Below, piece after piece: positions 12,827-26,898 of a stretch of DNA of 64,000 bases. The DNA is taken from contig CM097883.1 of the NCBI GenBank assembly GCA_044892505.1, forward strand, positions 310,868,001 to 310,932,000, given 5' to 3'. This stretch comes from Schmidtea nova. Its lineage: Eukaryota. Position numbers and translations under genes: made by a program. Position 1 is the first letter of the stretch. The number at the start of each line of letters is the position of its first letter. The notes under the pieces are model-generated. The model was not told the origin of the DNA. It saw only the letters and a list, made by a program, of their open reading frames with translations, and did no database searches.

Positions 12827-14098
12827 GGTAGCGATTTTGAGGTTGATTCAGATGAAGAAGAAGAAAGTGACACAGACGCAAGTTACACTGACGAAAGTGA
12901 AACAGACGCAAGTGATACGGACGAAAGTGACTTGGACGAAGTTGACACTGACGAAAGTGACACGGACGAAGAAAGTGAAAATTAGTATCAAAATGTTATC
13001 ATCAATATAGAATAGGTTTGATAAATTAGGCTAATTGAAACTTCTTTCATGAAAAGATGATTCTTCCTTGAGTTTACTTTGCATTTATATTAGAATATTA
13101 AACGTTTTCTGGGTATTGGTGATATTTGCGCTATTTATATTTGTATTTTGTTTTAATATTACTGCTCTTTATATATGAATAATACAAGAACTGCTGATTG
13201 TTTTGATATTTTAGACTAAAGGTTTATCAGGATATCGAAAGTGTGTTGGGAATCTATGAAATATCTGTTTTTTAATTATATTATTTTTATTATTATTAAT
13301 ATTATTATTATTGAAATTTTTATTATTTTTGATAATTTTAAACTTTTTTTATCATAAATACTAATACTTTTAAAATCATTGAAGTAAAAAACAAAAAATA
13401 CACTTAACGTCATTAGGATTTGTAATAATTATATATAGATATAACAATTTTCAATTAAATACATGGATGGTCGACTCGACTTTTACAATTATTTCAAATA
13501 TTTTATTTTATGCTTGGCCTCCACAAACCAGTTATCCATTTCGTAAAAGTATTATTAGTTATGAGACTACAGCTGTTACCACCTTATAAATGTATTTTAT
13601 CTGTAACATAAATGTAGTATATATGAAGTGGAATATGAAATCTTTTTTTCTCATGCATCCGTTTCATATGATTAATCGTATATCGTTAAAATTTCAAAAT
13701 CTTTCTTTTCTTTATCTTGCAAAGTACTTACGTAATTGTTTGATCCACGTTTCCGTCATATATATATATATATATATATATATTTAACGAAATGGAACAT
13801 GGCTCCGTTTTCAATTCGTAAAATCGAATACAAGTGGAAGTTCTCATGGAATTTTTATCTTTTTGACAACAACACCGTCGTTTTTCAGTTTTTTCATCTT
13901 ATACCTTGTAGTTGATAATTGAGTTTCACACTTTCAAAGATAACGTAAATCCATCTGCTTTTATTTAATTTTTAATTACTTTTTATTGGTTTAAAGTGTT
14001 AAAGTAATCAGAATTCGACACTATTTATGTACGTTATTATATGAATTTTGACTACTATAAAATAACGAGATAAAATTAAGAGTAAAGTGAAATTTAAA

Positions 14099-14584
14099 AT
14101 GTCAACTATACATTGTAGCATTTGTTTAGAAAATTGTTCGACTTCATTTGCAAAGTTATCTGAATGTCGTCATGAATTCTGTGAGAGTTGTATCAAAGGC
14201 TGGATGAAATATTCTTCTACGTGTCCATTAGATAGATCAGTAACTAAAACGTTAATTATATACAACAATCCTGTAGAAAGAACTATAAAAGATACTATTA
14301 CTGTTAAACCTAAATCTTCAAACGACAACGACGACGACGATGACGATAATTATGAGTCACAATTCTTCGAATATGACTTGGCATATTATTTGACGGCTGA
14401 TGATCATGAATTGGATGATGAATCAGGTAGCGATTTTGAGGTTGATTCAGATGAAGAAGAAGAAAGTGACACAGACGCAAGTTACACTGACGAAAGTGAA
14501 ACAGACGCAAGTGATACGGACGAAAGTGACTTGGACGAAGTTGACACTGACGAAAGTGACACGGACGAAGAAAGTGAAAATTAG
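14099..14584 (+). CDS. RING protein, full-length, copy 9 (recombinant, D126)
   Basis: TCA at codon 109 but GAC at codon 126. Confidence 0.87.
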   Translation: MSTIHCSICLENCSTSFAKLSECRHEFCESCIKGWMKYSSTCPLDRSVTKTLIIYNNPVERTIKDTITVKPKSSNDNDDDDDDNYESQFFEYDLAYYLTADDHELDDESGSDFEVDSDEEEESDTDASYTDESETDASDTDESDLDEVDTDESDTDEESEN

Positions 14585-15697
14585 TATCAAAATGTTATCA
14601 TCAATATAGAATAGGTTTGATAAATTAGGCTAATTGAAACTTCTTTCATGAAAAGATGATTCTTCCTTGAGTTTACTTTGCATTTATATTAGAATATTAA
14701 ACGTTTTCTGGGTATTGGTGATATTTGCGCTATTTATATTTGTATTTTGTTTTAATATTACTGCTCTTTATATATGAATAATACAAGAACTGCTGATTGT
14801 TTTGATATTTTAGACTAAAGGTTTATCAGGATATCGAAAGTGTGTTGGGAATCTATGAAATATCTGTTTTTTAATTATATTATTTTTATTATTATTAATA
14901 TTATTATTATTGAAATTTTTATTATTTTTGATAATTTTAAACTTTTTTTATCATAAATACTAATACTTTTAAAATCATTGAAGTAAAAAACAAAAAATAC
15001 ACTTAACGTCATTAGGATTTGTAATAATTATATATAGATATAACAATTTTCAATTAAATACATGGATGGTCGACTCGACTTTTACAATTATTTCAAATAT
15101 TTTATTTTATGCTTGGCCTCCACAAACCAGTTATCCATTTCGTAAAAGTATTATTAGTTATGAGACTACAGCTGTTACCACCTTATAAATGTATTTTATC
15201 TGTAACATAAATGTAGTATATATGAAGTGGAATATGAAATCTTTTTTTCTCATGCATCCGTTTCATATGATTAATCGTATATCGTTAAAATTTCAAAATC
15301 TTTCTTTTCTTTATCTTGCAAAGTACTTACGTAATTGTTTGATCCACGTTTCCGTCATATATATATATATATATATATATATTTAACGAAATGGAACATG
15401 GCTCCGTTTTCAATTCGTAAAATCGAATACAAGTGGAAGTTCTCATGGAATTTTTATCTTTTTGACAACAACACCGTCGTTTTTCAGTTTTTTCATCTTA
15501 TACCTTGTAGTGGATAATTGAGTTTCACACTTTCAAAGATAACGTAAATCCATCTGCTTTTATTTAATTTTTAATTACTTTTTATTGGTTTAAAGTGTTA
15601 AAGTAATCAGAATTCGACACTATTTATGTACGTTATTATATGAATTTTGACTACTATAAAATAACGAGATAAAATTAAGAGTAAAGTGAAATTTAAA

Positions 15698-16024
15698 ATG
15701 TCAACTATACATTGTAGCATTTGTTTAGAAAATTGTTCGACTTCATTTGCAAAGTTATCTGAATGTCGTCATGAATTCTGTGAGAGTTGTATCAAAGGCT
15801 GGATGAAATATTCTTCTACGTGTCCATTAGATAGATCAGTAACTAAAACGTTAATTATATACAACAATCCTGTAGAAAGAACTATAAAAGATACTATTAC
15901 TGTTAAACCTAAATCTTCAAACGACAACGACGACGACGATGACGATAATTATGAGTCACAATTCTTCGAATATGACTTGGCATATTATTTGACGGCTGAT
16001 GATCATGAATTGGATGATGAATAA
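15698..16024 (+). CDS. RING protein, truncated allele, copy 10
   Basis: Same ORF, TAA at codon 109. Confidence 0.62.
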   Translation: MSTIHCSICLENCSTSFAKLSECRHEFCESCIKGWMKYSSTCPLDRSVTKTLIIYNNPVERTIKDTITVKPKSSNDNDDDDDDNYESQFFEYDLAYYLTADDHELDDE

Positions 16025-17294
16025 GGTAGCGATTTTGAGGTTGATTCAGATGAAGAAGAAGAAAGTGACACAGACGCAAGTTACACTGACGAAAGTGAAA
16101 CAGACGCAAGTGATACGGACGAAAGTGACTTGGACGAAGTTGACACTGACGAAAGTGACACGGACGAAGAAAGTGAAAATTAGTATCAAAATGTTATCAT
16201 CAATATAGAATAGGTTTGATAAATTAGGCTAATTGAAACTTCTTTCATGAAAAGATGATTCTTCCTTGAGTTTACTTTGCATTTATATTAGAATATTAAA
16301 CGTTTTCTGGGTATTGGTGATATTTGCGCTATTTATATTTGTATTTTGTTTTAATATTACTGCTCTTTATATATGAATAATACAAGAACTGCTGATTGTT
16401 TTGATATTTTAGACTAAAGGTTTATCAGGATATCGAAAGTGTGTTGGGAATCTATGAAATATCTGTTTTTTAATTATATTATTTTTATTATTATTAATAT
16501 TACTATTATTGAAATTTTTATTATTTTTGATAATTTTAAACTTTTTTTATCATAAATACTAATTCTTTTAAAATCATTGAAGTAAAAAACAAAAAATACA
16601 CTTAACGTCATTAGGATTTGTAATAATTATATATAGATATAACAATTTTCAATTAAATACATGGATGGTCGACTCGACTTTTACAATTATTTCAAATATT
16701 TTATTTTATGCTTGGCCTCCACAAACCAGTTATCCATTTCGTAAAAGTATTATTAGTTATGAGACTACAGCTGTTACCACCTTATAAATGTATTTTATCT
16801 GTAACATAAATGTAGTATATATGAAGTGGAATATGAAATCTTTTTTTCTCATGCATCCGTTTCATATGATTAATCGTATATCGTTAAAATTTCAAAATCT
16901 TTCTTTTCTTTATCTTGCAAAGTACTTACGTAATTGTTTGATCCACGTTTCCGTCATATATATATATATATATATATATTTAATGAAATGGAACATGGCT
17001 CCGTTTTCAATTCGTAAAATCGAATACAAGTGGAAGTTCTCATGGAATTTTTATCTTTTTGACAACAACACCGTCGTTTTTCAGTTTTTTCATCTTATAC
17101 CTTGTAGTTGATAATTGAGTTTCACACTTTCAAAGATAACGTAAATCCATCTGCTTTTATTTAATTTTTAATTACTTTTTATTGGTTTAAAGTGTTAAAG
17201 TAATCAGAATTCGACACTATTTATGTACGTTATTATATGAATTTTGACTACTATAAAATAACGAGATAAAATTAAGAGTAAAGTGAAATTTAAA

Positions 17295-17621
17295 ATGTCA
17301 ACTATACATTGTAGCATTTGTTTAGAAAATTGTTCGACTTCATTTGCAAAGTTATCTGAATGTCGTCATGAATTCTGTGAGAGTTGTATCAAAGGCTGGA
17401 TGAAATATTCTTCTACGTGTCCATTAGATAGATCAGTAACTAAAACGTTAATTATATACAACAATCCTGTAGAAAGAACTATAAAAGATACTATTACTGT
17501 TAAACCTAAATCTTCAAACGACAACGACGACGACGATGACGATAATTATGAGTCACAATTCTTCGAATATGACTTGGCATATTATTTGACGGCTGATGAT
17601 CATGAATTGGATGATGAATAA
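17295..17621 (+). CDS. RING protein, truncated allele, copy 11
   Basis: TAA at codon 109; GAA>AAA downstream of the stop. Confidence 0.62.
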   Translation: MSTIHCSICLENCSTSFAKLSECRHEFCESCIKGWMKYSSTCPLDRSVTKTLIIYNNPVERTIKDTITVKPKSSNDNDDDDDDNYESQFFEYDLAYYLTADDHELDDE

Positions 17622-18893
17622 GGTAGCGATTTTGAGGTTGATTCAGATGAAAAAGAAGAAAGTGACACAGACGCAAGTTACACTGACGAAAGTGAAACAG
17701 ACGCAAGTGATACGGACGAAAGTGACTTGGACGAAGTTGACACTGACGAAAGTGACACGGACGAAGAAAGTGAAAATTAGTATCAAAATGTTATCATCAA
17801 TATAGAATAGGTTTGATAAATTAGGCTAATTGAAACTTCTTTCATGAAAAGATGATTCTTCCTTGAGTTTACTTTGCATTTATATTAGAATATTAAACGT
17901 TTTCTGGGTATTGGTGATATTTGCGCTATTTATATTTGTATTTTGTTTTAATATTACTGCTCTTTATATATGAATAATACAAGAACTGCTGATTGTTTTG
18001 ATATTTTAGACTAAAGGTTTATCAGGATATCGAAAGTGTGTTGGGAATCTATGAAATATCTGTTTTTTAATTATATTATTTTTATTATTATTAATATTAT
18101 TATTATTGAAATTTTTATTATTTTTGATAATTTTAAACTTTTTTTATCATAAATACTAATACTTTTAAAATCATTGAAGTAAAAAACAAAAAATACACTT
18201 AACGTCATTAGGATTTGTAATAATTATATATAGATATAACAATTTTCAATTAAATACATGGATGGTCGACTCGACTTTTACAATTATTTCAAATATTTTA
18301 TTTTATGCTTGGCCTCCACAAACCAGTTATCCATTTCGTAAAAGTATTATTAGTTATGAGACTACAGCTGTTACCATCTTATAAATGTATTTTATCTGTA
18401 ACATAAATGTAGTATATATGAAGTGGAATATGAAATATTTTTTTCTCATGCATCCGTTTCATATGATTAATCGTATATCGTTAAAATTTCAAAATCTTTC
18501 TTTTCTTTATCTTGCAAAGTACTTACGTAATTGTTTGATCCACGTTTCCGTCATATATATATATATATATATATATATTTAACGAAATGGAACATGGCTC
18601 CGTTTTCAATTCGTAAAATCGAATACAAGTGGAAGTTCTCATGGAATTTTTATCTTTTTGACAACAACACCGTCGTTTTTCAGTTTTTTCATCTTATACC
18701 TTGTAGTTGATAATTGAGTTTCACACTTTCAAAGATAACGTAAATCCATCTGCTTTTATTTAATTTTTAATTACTTTTTATTGGTTTAAAGTGTTAAAGT
18801 AATCAGAATTCGACACTATTTATGTACGTTATTATATGAATTTTGACTACTATAAAATAACGAGATAAAATTAAGAGTAAAGTGAAATTTAAA

Positions 18894-19379
18894 ATGTCAA
18901 CTATACATTGTAGCATTTGTTTAGAAAATTGTTCGACTTCATTTGCAAAGTTATCTGAATGTCGTCATGAATTCTGTGAGAGTTGTATCAAAGGCTGGAT
19001 GAAATATTCTTCTACGTGTCCATTAGATAGATCAGTAACTAAAACGTTAATTATATACAACAATCCTGTAGAAAGAACTATAAAAGATACTATTACTGTT
19101 AAACCTAAATCTTCAAACGACAACGACGACGACGATGACGATAATTATGAGTCACAATTCTTCGAATATGACTTGGCATATTATTTGACGGCTGATGATC
19201 ATGAATTGGATGATGAATCAGGTAGCGATTTTGAGGTTGATTCAGATGAAGAAGAAGAAAGTGACACAGGCGCAAGTTACACTGACGAAAGTGAAACAGA
19301 CGCAAGTGATACGGACGAAAGTGACTTGGACGAAGTTGACACTGACGAAAGTGACACGGACGAAGAAAGTGAAAATTAG
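18894..19379 (+). CDS. RING protein, full-length, copy 12
   Basis: Same ORF, TCA at codon 109. Confidence 0.87.
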   Translation: MSTIHCSICLENCSTSFAKLSECRHEFCESCIKGWMKYSSTCPLDRSVTKTLIIYNNPVERTIKDTITVKPKSSNDNDDDDDDNYESQFFEYDLAYYLTADDHELDDESGSDFEVDSDEEEESDTGASYTDESETDASDTDESDLDEVDTDESDTDEESEN

Positions 19380-20151
19380 TATCAAAATGTTATCATCAAT
19401 ATAGAATAGGTTTGATAAATTAGGCTAATTGAAACTTCTTTCATGAAAAGATGATTCTTCCTTGAGTTTACTTTGCATTTATATTAGAATATTAAACGTT
19501 TTCTGGGTATTGGTGATATTTGCGCTATTTATATTTTTATTTTGTTTTAATATTACTGCTCTTTATATATGAATAATACAAGAACTGCTGATTGTTTTGA
19601 TATTTTAGACTAAAGGTTTATCAGGATATCGAAAGTGTGTTGGGAATCTATGAAATATCTGTTTTTTAATTATATTATTTTTATTATTATTAATATTATT
19701 ATTATTGAAATTTTTATTATTTTTGATAATTTTAAACTTTTTTTATCATAAATACTAATACTTTTAAAATCATTGAAGTAAAAAACAAAAAATACACTTA
19801 ACGTCATTAGGATTTGTAATAATTATATATAGATATAACAATTTTCAATTAAATACATGGATGGTCGACTCGACTTTTACAATTATTTCAAATATTTTAT
19901 TTTATGCTTGGCCTCCACAAACCAGTTATCCATTTCGTAAAAGTATTATTAGTTATGAGACTACAGCTGTTACCACCTTATAAATGTATTTTATCTGTAA
20001 CATAAATGTAGTATATATGAAGTGGAATATGAAATCTTTTTTTCTCATGCATCCGTTTCATATGATTAATCGTATATCGTTAAAATTTCAAAATCTTTCT
20101 TTTCTTTATCTTGCAAAGTACTTACGTAATTGTTTGATCCACGTTTCCGTC

Positions 20152-20182
<31 letters not shown>

Positions 20183-20494
20183 ATGAAATGGAACATGGCT
20201 CCGTTTTCAATTCGTAAAATCGAATACAAGTGGAAGTTCTCATGGAATTTTTATCTTTTTGACAACAACACCGTCGTTTTTCAGTTTTTTCATCTTATAC
20301 CTTGTAGTTGATAATTGAGTTTCACACTTTCAAAGATAACGTAAATCCATCTGCTTTTATTTAATTTTTAATTACTTTTTATTGGTTTAAAGTGTTAAAG
20401 TAATCAGAATTCGACACTATTTATGTACGTTATTATATGAATTTTGACTACTATAAAATAACGAGATAAAATTAAGAGTAAAGTGAAATTTAAA

Positions 20495-20980
20495 ATGTCA
20501 ACTATACATTGTAGCATTTGTTTAGAAAATTGTTCGACTTCATTTGCAAAGTTATCTGAATGTCGTCATGAATTCTGTGAGAGTTGTATCAAAGGCTGGA
20601 TGAAATATTCTTCTACGTGTCCATTAGATAGATCAGTAACTAAAACGTTAATTATATACAACAATCCTGTAGAAAGAACTATAAAAGATACTATTACTGT
20701 TAAACCTAAATCTTCAAACGACAACGACGACGACGATGACGATAATTATGAGTCACAATTCTTCGAATATGACTTGGCATATTATTTGACGGCTGATGAT
20801 CATGAATTGGATGATGAATCAGGTAGCGATTTTGAGGTTGATTCAGATGAAGAAGAAGAAAGTGACACAGGCGCAAGTTACACTGACGAAAGTGAAACAG
20901 ACGCAAGTGATACGGACGAAAGTGACTTGGACGAAGTTGACACTGACGAAAGTGACACGGACGAAGAAAGTGAAAATTAG
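20495..20980 (+). CDS. RING protein, full-length, copy 13
   Basis: Same ORF, TCA at codon 109. Confidence 0.87.
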   Translation: MSTIHCSICLENCSTSFAKLSECRHEFCESCIKGWMKYSSTCPLDRSVTKTLIIYNNPVERTIKDTITVKPKSSNDNDDDDDDNYESQFFEYDLAYYLTADDHELDDESGSDFEVDSDEEEESDTGASYTDESETDASDTDESDLDEVDTDESDTDEESEN

Positions 20981-21752
20981 TATCAAAATGTTATCATCAA
21001 TATAGAATAGGTTTGATAAATTAGGCTAATTGAAACTTCTTTCATGAAAAGATGATTCTTCCTTGAGTTTACTTTGCATTTATATTAGAATATTAAACGT
21101 TTTCTGGGTATTGGTGATATTTGCGCTATTTATATTTTTATTTTGTTTTAATATTACTGCTCTTTATATATGAATAATACAAGAACTGCTGATTGTTTTG
21201 ATATTTTAGACTAAAGGTTTATCAGGATATCGAAAGTGTGTTGGGAATCTATGAAATATCTGTTTTTTAATTATATTATTTTTATTATTATTAATATTAT
21301 TATTATTGAAATTTTTATTATTTTTGATAATTTTAAACTTTTTTTATCATAAATACTAATACTTTTAAAATCATTGAAGTAAAAAACAAAAAATACACTT
21401 AACGTCATTAGGATTTGTAATAATTATATATAGATATAACAATTTTCAATTAAATACATGGATGGTCGACTCGACTTTTACAATTATTTCAAATATTTTA
21501 TTTTATGCTTGGCCTCCACAAACCAGTTATCCATTTCGTAAAAGTATTATTAGTTATGAGACTACAGCTGTTACCACCTTATAAATGTATTTTATCTGTA
21601 ACATAAATGTAGTATATATGAAGTGGAATATGAAATCTTTTTTTCTCATGCATCCGTTTCATATGATTAATCGTATATCGTTAAAATTTCAAAATCTTTC
21701 TTTTCTTTATCTTGCAAAGTACTTACGTAATTGTTTGATCCACGTTTCCGTC

Positions 21753-21783
<31 letters not shown>

Positions 21784-22095
21784 ATGAAATGGAACATGGC
21801 TCCGTTTTCAATTCGTAAAATCGAATACAAGTGGAAGTTCTCATGGAATTTTTATCTTTTTGACAACAACACCGTCGTTTTTCAGTTTTTTCATCTTATA
21901 CCTTGTAGTTGATAATTGAGTTTCACACTTTCAAAGATAACGTAAATCCATCTGCTTTTATTTAATTTTTAATTACTTTTTATTGGTTTAAAGTGTTAAA
22001 GTAATCAGAATTCGACACTATTTATGTACGTTATTATATGAATTTTGACTACTATAAAATAACGAGATAAAATTAAGAGTAAAGTGAAATTTAAA

Positions 22096-22422
22096 ATGTC
22101 AACTATACATTGTAGCATTTGTTTAGAAAATTGTTCGACTTCATTTGCAAAGTTATCTGAATGTCGTCATGAATTCTGTGAGAGTTGTATCAAAGGCTGG
22201 ATGAAATATTCTTCTACGTGTCCATTAGATAGATCAGTAACTAAAACGTTAATTATATACAACAATCCTGTAGAAAGAACTATAAAAGATACTATTACTG
22301 TTAAACCTAAATCTTCAAACGACAACGACGACGACGATGACGATAATTATGAGTCACAATTCTTCGAATATGACTTGGCATATTATTTGACGGCTGATGA
22401 TCATGAATTGGATGATGAATAA
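22096..22422 (+). CDS. RING protein, truncated allele, copy 14
   Basis: TAA at codon 109; GAA>AAA downstream of the stop. Confidence 0.62.
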   Translation: MSTIHCSICLENCSTSFAKLSECRHEFCESCIKGWMKYSSTCPLDRSVTKTLIIYNNPVERTIKDTITVKPKSSNDNDDDDDDNYESQFFEYDLAYYLTADDHELDDE

Positions 22423-23694
22423 GGTAGCGATTTTGAGGTTGATTCAGATGAAAAAGAAGAAAGTGACACAGACGCAAGTTACACTGACGAAAGTGAAACA
22501 GACGCAAGTGATACGGACGAAAGTGACTTGGACGAAGTTGACACTGACGAAAGTGACACGGACGAAGAAAGTGAAAATTAGTATCAAAATGTTATCATCA
22601 ATATAGAATAGGTTTGATAAATTAGGCTAATTGAAACTTCTTTCATGAAAAGATGATTCTTCCTTGAGTTTACTTTGCATTTATATTAGAATATTAAACG
22701 TTTTCTGGGTATTGGTGATATTTGCGCTATTTATATTTGTATTTTGTTTTAATATTACTGCTCTTTATATATGAATAATACAAGAACTGCTGATTGTTTT
22801 GATATTTTAGACTAAAGGTTTATCAGGATATCGAAAGTGTGTTGGGAATCTATGAAATATCTGTTTTTTAATTATATTATTTTTATTATTATTAATATTA
22901 TTATTATTGAAATTTTTATTATTTTTGATAATTTTAAACTTTTTTTATCATAAATACTAATACTTTTAAAATCATTGAAGTAAAAAACAAAAAATACACT
23001 TAACGTCATTAGGATTTGTAATAATTATATATAGATATAACAATTTTCAATTAAATACATGGATGGTCGACTCGACTTTTACAATTATTTCAAATATTTT
23101 ATTTTATGCTTGGCCTCCACAAACCAGTTATCCATTTCGTAAAAGTATTATTAGTTATGAGACTACAGCTGTTACCATCTTATAAATGTATTTTATCTGT
23201 AACATAAATGTAGTATATATGAAGTGGAATATGAAATCTTTTTTTCTCATGCATCCGTTTCATATGATTAATCGTATATCGTTAAAATTTCAAAATCTTT
23301 CTTTTCTTTATCTTGCAAAGTACTTACGTAATTGTTTGATCCACGTTTCCGTCATATATATATATATATATATATATATTTAACGAAATGGAACATGGCT
23401 CCGTTTTCAATTCGTAAAATCGAATACAAGTGGAAGTTCTCATGGAATTTTTATCTTTTTGACAACAACACCGTCGTTTTTCAGTTTTTTCATCTTATAC
23501 CTTGTAGTTGATAATTGAGTTTCACACTTTCAAAGATAACGTAAATCCATCTGCTTTTATTTAATTTTTAATTACTTTTTATTGGTTTAAAGTGTTAAAG
23601 TAATCAGAATTCGACACTATTTATGTACGTTATTATATGAATTTTGACTACTATAAAATAACGAGATAAAATTAAGAGTAAAGTGAAATTTAAA

Positions 23695-24021
23695 ATGTCA
23701 ACTATACATTGTAGCATTTGTTTAGAAAATTGTTCGACTTCATTTGCAAAGTTATCTGAATGTCGTCATGAATTCTGTGAGAGTTGTATCAAAGGCTGGA
23801 TGAAATATTCTTCTACGTGTCCATTAGATAGATCAGTAACTAAAACGTTAATTATATACAACAATCCTGTAGAAAGAACTATAAAAGATACTATTACTGT
23901 TAAACCTAAATCTTCAAACGACAACGACGACGACGATGACGATAATTATGAGTCACAATTCTTCGAATATGACTTGGCATATTATTTGACGGCTGATGAT
24001 CATGAATTGGATGATGAATAA
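23695..24021 (+). CDS. RING protein, truncated allele, copy 15
   Basis: Same ORF, TAA at codon 109. Confidence 0.62.
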   Translation: MSTIHCSICLENCSTSFAKLSECRHEFCESCIKGWMKYSSTCPLDRSVTKTLIIYNNPVERTIKDTITVKPKSSNDNDDDDDDNYESQFFEYDLAYYLTADDHELDDE

Positions 24022-25291
24022 GGTAGCGATTTTGAGGTTGATTCAGATGAAGAAGAAGAAAGTGACACAGACGCAAGTTACACTGACGAAAGTGAAACAG
24101 ACGCAAGTGATACGGACGAAAGTGACTTGGACGAAGTTGACACTGACGAAAGTGACACGGACGAAGAAAGTGAAAATTAGTATCAAAATGTTATCATCAA
24201 TATAGAATAGGTTTGATAAATTAGGCTAATTGAAACTTCTTTCATGAAAAGATGATTCTTCCTTGAGTTTACTTTGCATTTATATTAGAATATTAAACGT
24301 TTTCTGGGTATTGGTGATATTTGCGCTATTTATATTTGTATTTTGTTTTAATATTACTGCTCTTTATATATGAATAATACAAGAACTGCTGATTGTTTTG
24401 ATATTTTAGACTAAAGGTTTATCAGGATATCGAAAGTGTGTTGGGAATCTATGAAATATCTGTTTTTTAATTATATTATTTTTATTATTATTAATATTAT
24501 TATTATTGAAATTTTTATTATTTTTGATAATTTTAAACTTTTTTTATCATAAATACTAATACTTTTAAAATCATTGAAGTAAAAAACAAAAAATACACTT
24601 AACGTCATTAGGATTTGTAATAATTATATATAGATATAACAATTTTCAATTAAATACATGGATGGTCGACTCGACTTTTACAATTATTTCAAATATTTTA
24701 TTTTATGCTTGGCCTCCACAAACCAGTTATCCATTTCGTAAAAGTATTATTAGTTATGAGACTACAGCTGTTACCACCTTATAAATGTATTTTATCTGTA
24801 ACATAAATGTAGTATATATGAAGTGGAATATGAAATCTTTTTTTCTCATGCATCCGTTTCATATGATTAATCGTATATCGTTAAAATTTCAAAATCTTTC
24901 TTTTCTTTATCTTGCAAAGTACTTACGTAATTGTTTGATCCACGTTTCCGTCATATATATATATATATATATATATTTAACGAAATGGAACATGGCTCCG
25001 TTTTCAATTCGTAAAATCGAATACAAGTGGAAGTTCTCATGGAATTTTTATCTTTTTGACAACAACACCGTCGTTTTTCAGTTTTTTCATCTTATACCTT
25101 GTAGTTGATAATTGAGTTTCACACTTTCAAAGATAACGTAAATCCATCTGCTTTTATTTAATTTTTAATTACTTTTTATTGGTTTAAAGTGTTAAAGTAA
25201 TCAGAATTCGACACTATTTATGTACGTTATTATATGAATTTTGACTACTATAAAATAACGAGATAAAATTAAGAGTAAAGTGAAATTTAAA

Positions 25292-25618
25292 ATGTCAACT
25301 ATACATTGTAGCATTTGTTTAGAAAATTGTTCGACTTCATTTGCAAAGTTATCTGAATGTCGTCATGAATTCTGTGAGAGTTGTATCAAAGGCTGGATGA
25401 AATATTCTTCTACGTGTCCATTAGATAGATCAGTAACTAAAACGTTAATTATATACAACAATCCTGTAGAAAGAACTATAAAAGATACTATTACTGTTAA
25501 ACCTAAATCTTCAAACGACAACGACGACGACGATGACGATAATTATGAGTCACAATTCTTCGAATATGACTTGGCATATTATTTGACGGCTGATGATCAT
25601 GAATTGGATGATGAATAA
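25292..25618 (+). CDS. RING protein, truncated allele, copy 16
   Basis: Same ORF, TAA at codon 109. Confidence 0.62.
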   Translation: MSTIHCSICLENCSTSFAKLSECRHEFCESCIKGWMKYSSTCPLDRSVTKTLIIYNNPVERTIKDTITVKPKSSNDNDDDDDDNYESQFFEYDLAYYLTADDHELDDE

Positions 25619-26547
25619 GGTAGCGATTTTGAGGTTGATTCAGATGAAGAAGAAGAAAGTGACACAGACGCAAGTTACACTGACGAAAGTGAAACAGACG
25701 CAAGTGATACGGACGAAAGTGACTTGGACGAAGTTGACACTGACGAAAGTGACACGGACGAAGAAAGTGAAAATTAGTATCAAAATGTTATCATCAATAT
25801 AGAATAGGTTTGATAAATTAGGCTAATTGAAACTTCTTTCATGAAAAGATGATTCTTCCTTGAGTTTACTTTGCATTTATATTAGAATATTAAACGTTTT
25901 CTGGGTATTGGTGATATTTGCGCTATTTATATTTGTATTTTGTTTTAATATTACTGCTCTTTATATATGAATAATACAAGAACTGCTGATTGTTTTGATA
26001 TTTTAGACTAAAGGTTTATCAGGATATCGAAAGTGTGTTGGGAATCTATGAAATATCTGTTTTTTAATTATATTATTTTTATTATTATTAATATTATTAT
26101 TATTGAAATTTTTATTATTTTTGATAATTTTAAACTTTTTTTATCATAAATACTAATACTTTTAAAATCATTGAAGTAAAAAACAAAAAATACACTTAAC
26201 GTCATTAGGATTTGTAATAATTATATATAGATATAACAATTTTCAATTAAATACATGGATGGTCGACTCGACTTTTACAATTATTTCAAATATTTTATTT
26301 TATGCTTGGCCTCCACAAACCAGTTATCCATTTCGTAAAAGTATTATTAGTTATGAGACTACAGCTGTTACCACCTTATAAATGTATTTTATCTGTAACA
26401 TAAATGTAGTATATATGAAGTGGAATATGAAATCTTTTTTTCTCATGCATCCGTTTCATATGATTAATCGTATATCGTTAAAATTTCAAAATCTTTCTTT
26501 TCTTTATCTTGCAAAGTACTTACGTAATTGTTTGATCCACGTTTCCG

Positions 26548-26586
<39 letters not shown>

Positions 26587-26898
26587 ACGAAATGGAACAT
26601 GGCTCCGTTTTCAATTCGTAAAATCGAATACAAGTGGAAGTTCTCATGGAATTTTTATCTTTTTGACAACAACACCGTCGTTTTTCAGTTTTTTCATCTT
26701 ATACCTTGTAGTTGATAATTGAGTTTCACACTTTCAAAGATAACGTAAATCCATCTGCTTTTATTTAATTTTTAATTACTTTTTATTGGTTTAAAGTGTT
26801 AAAGTAATCAGAATTCGACACTATTTATGTACGTTATTATATGAATTTTGACTACTATAAAATAACGAGATAAAATTAAGAGTAAAGTGAAATTTAAA

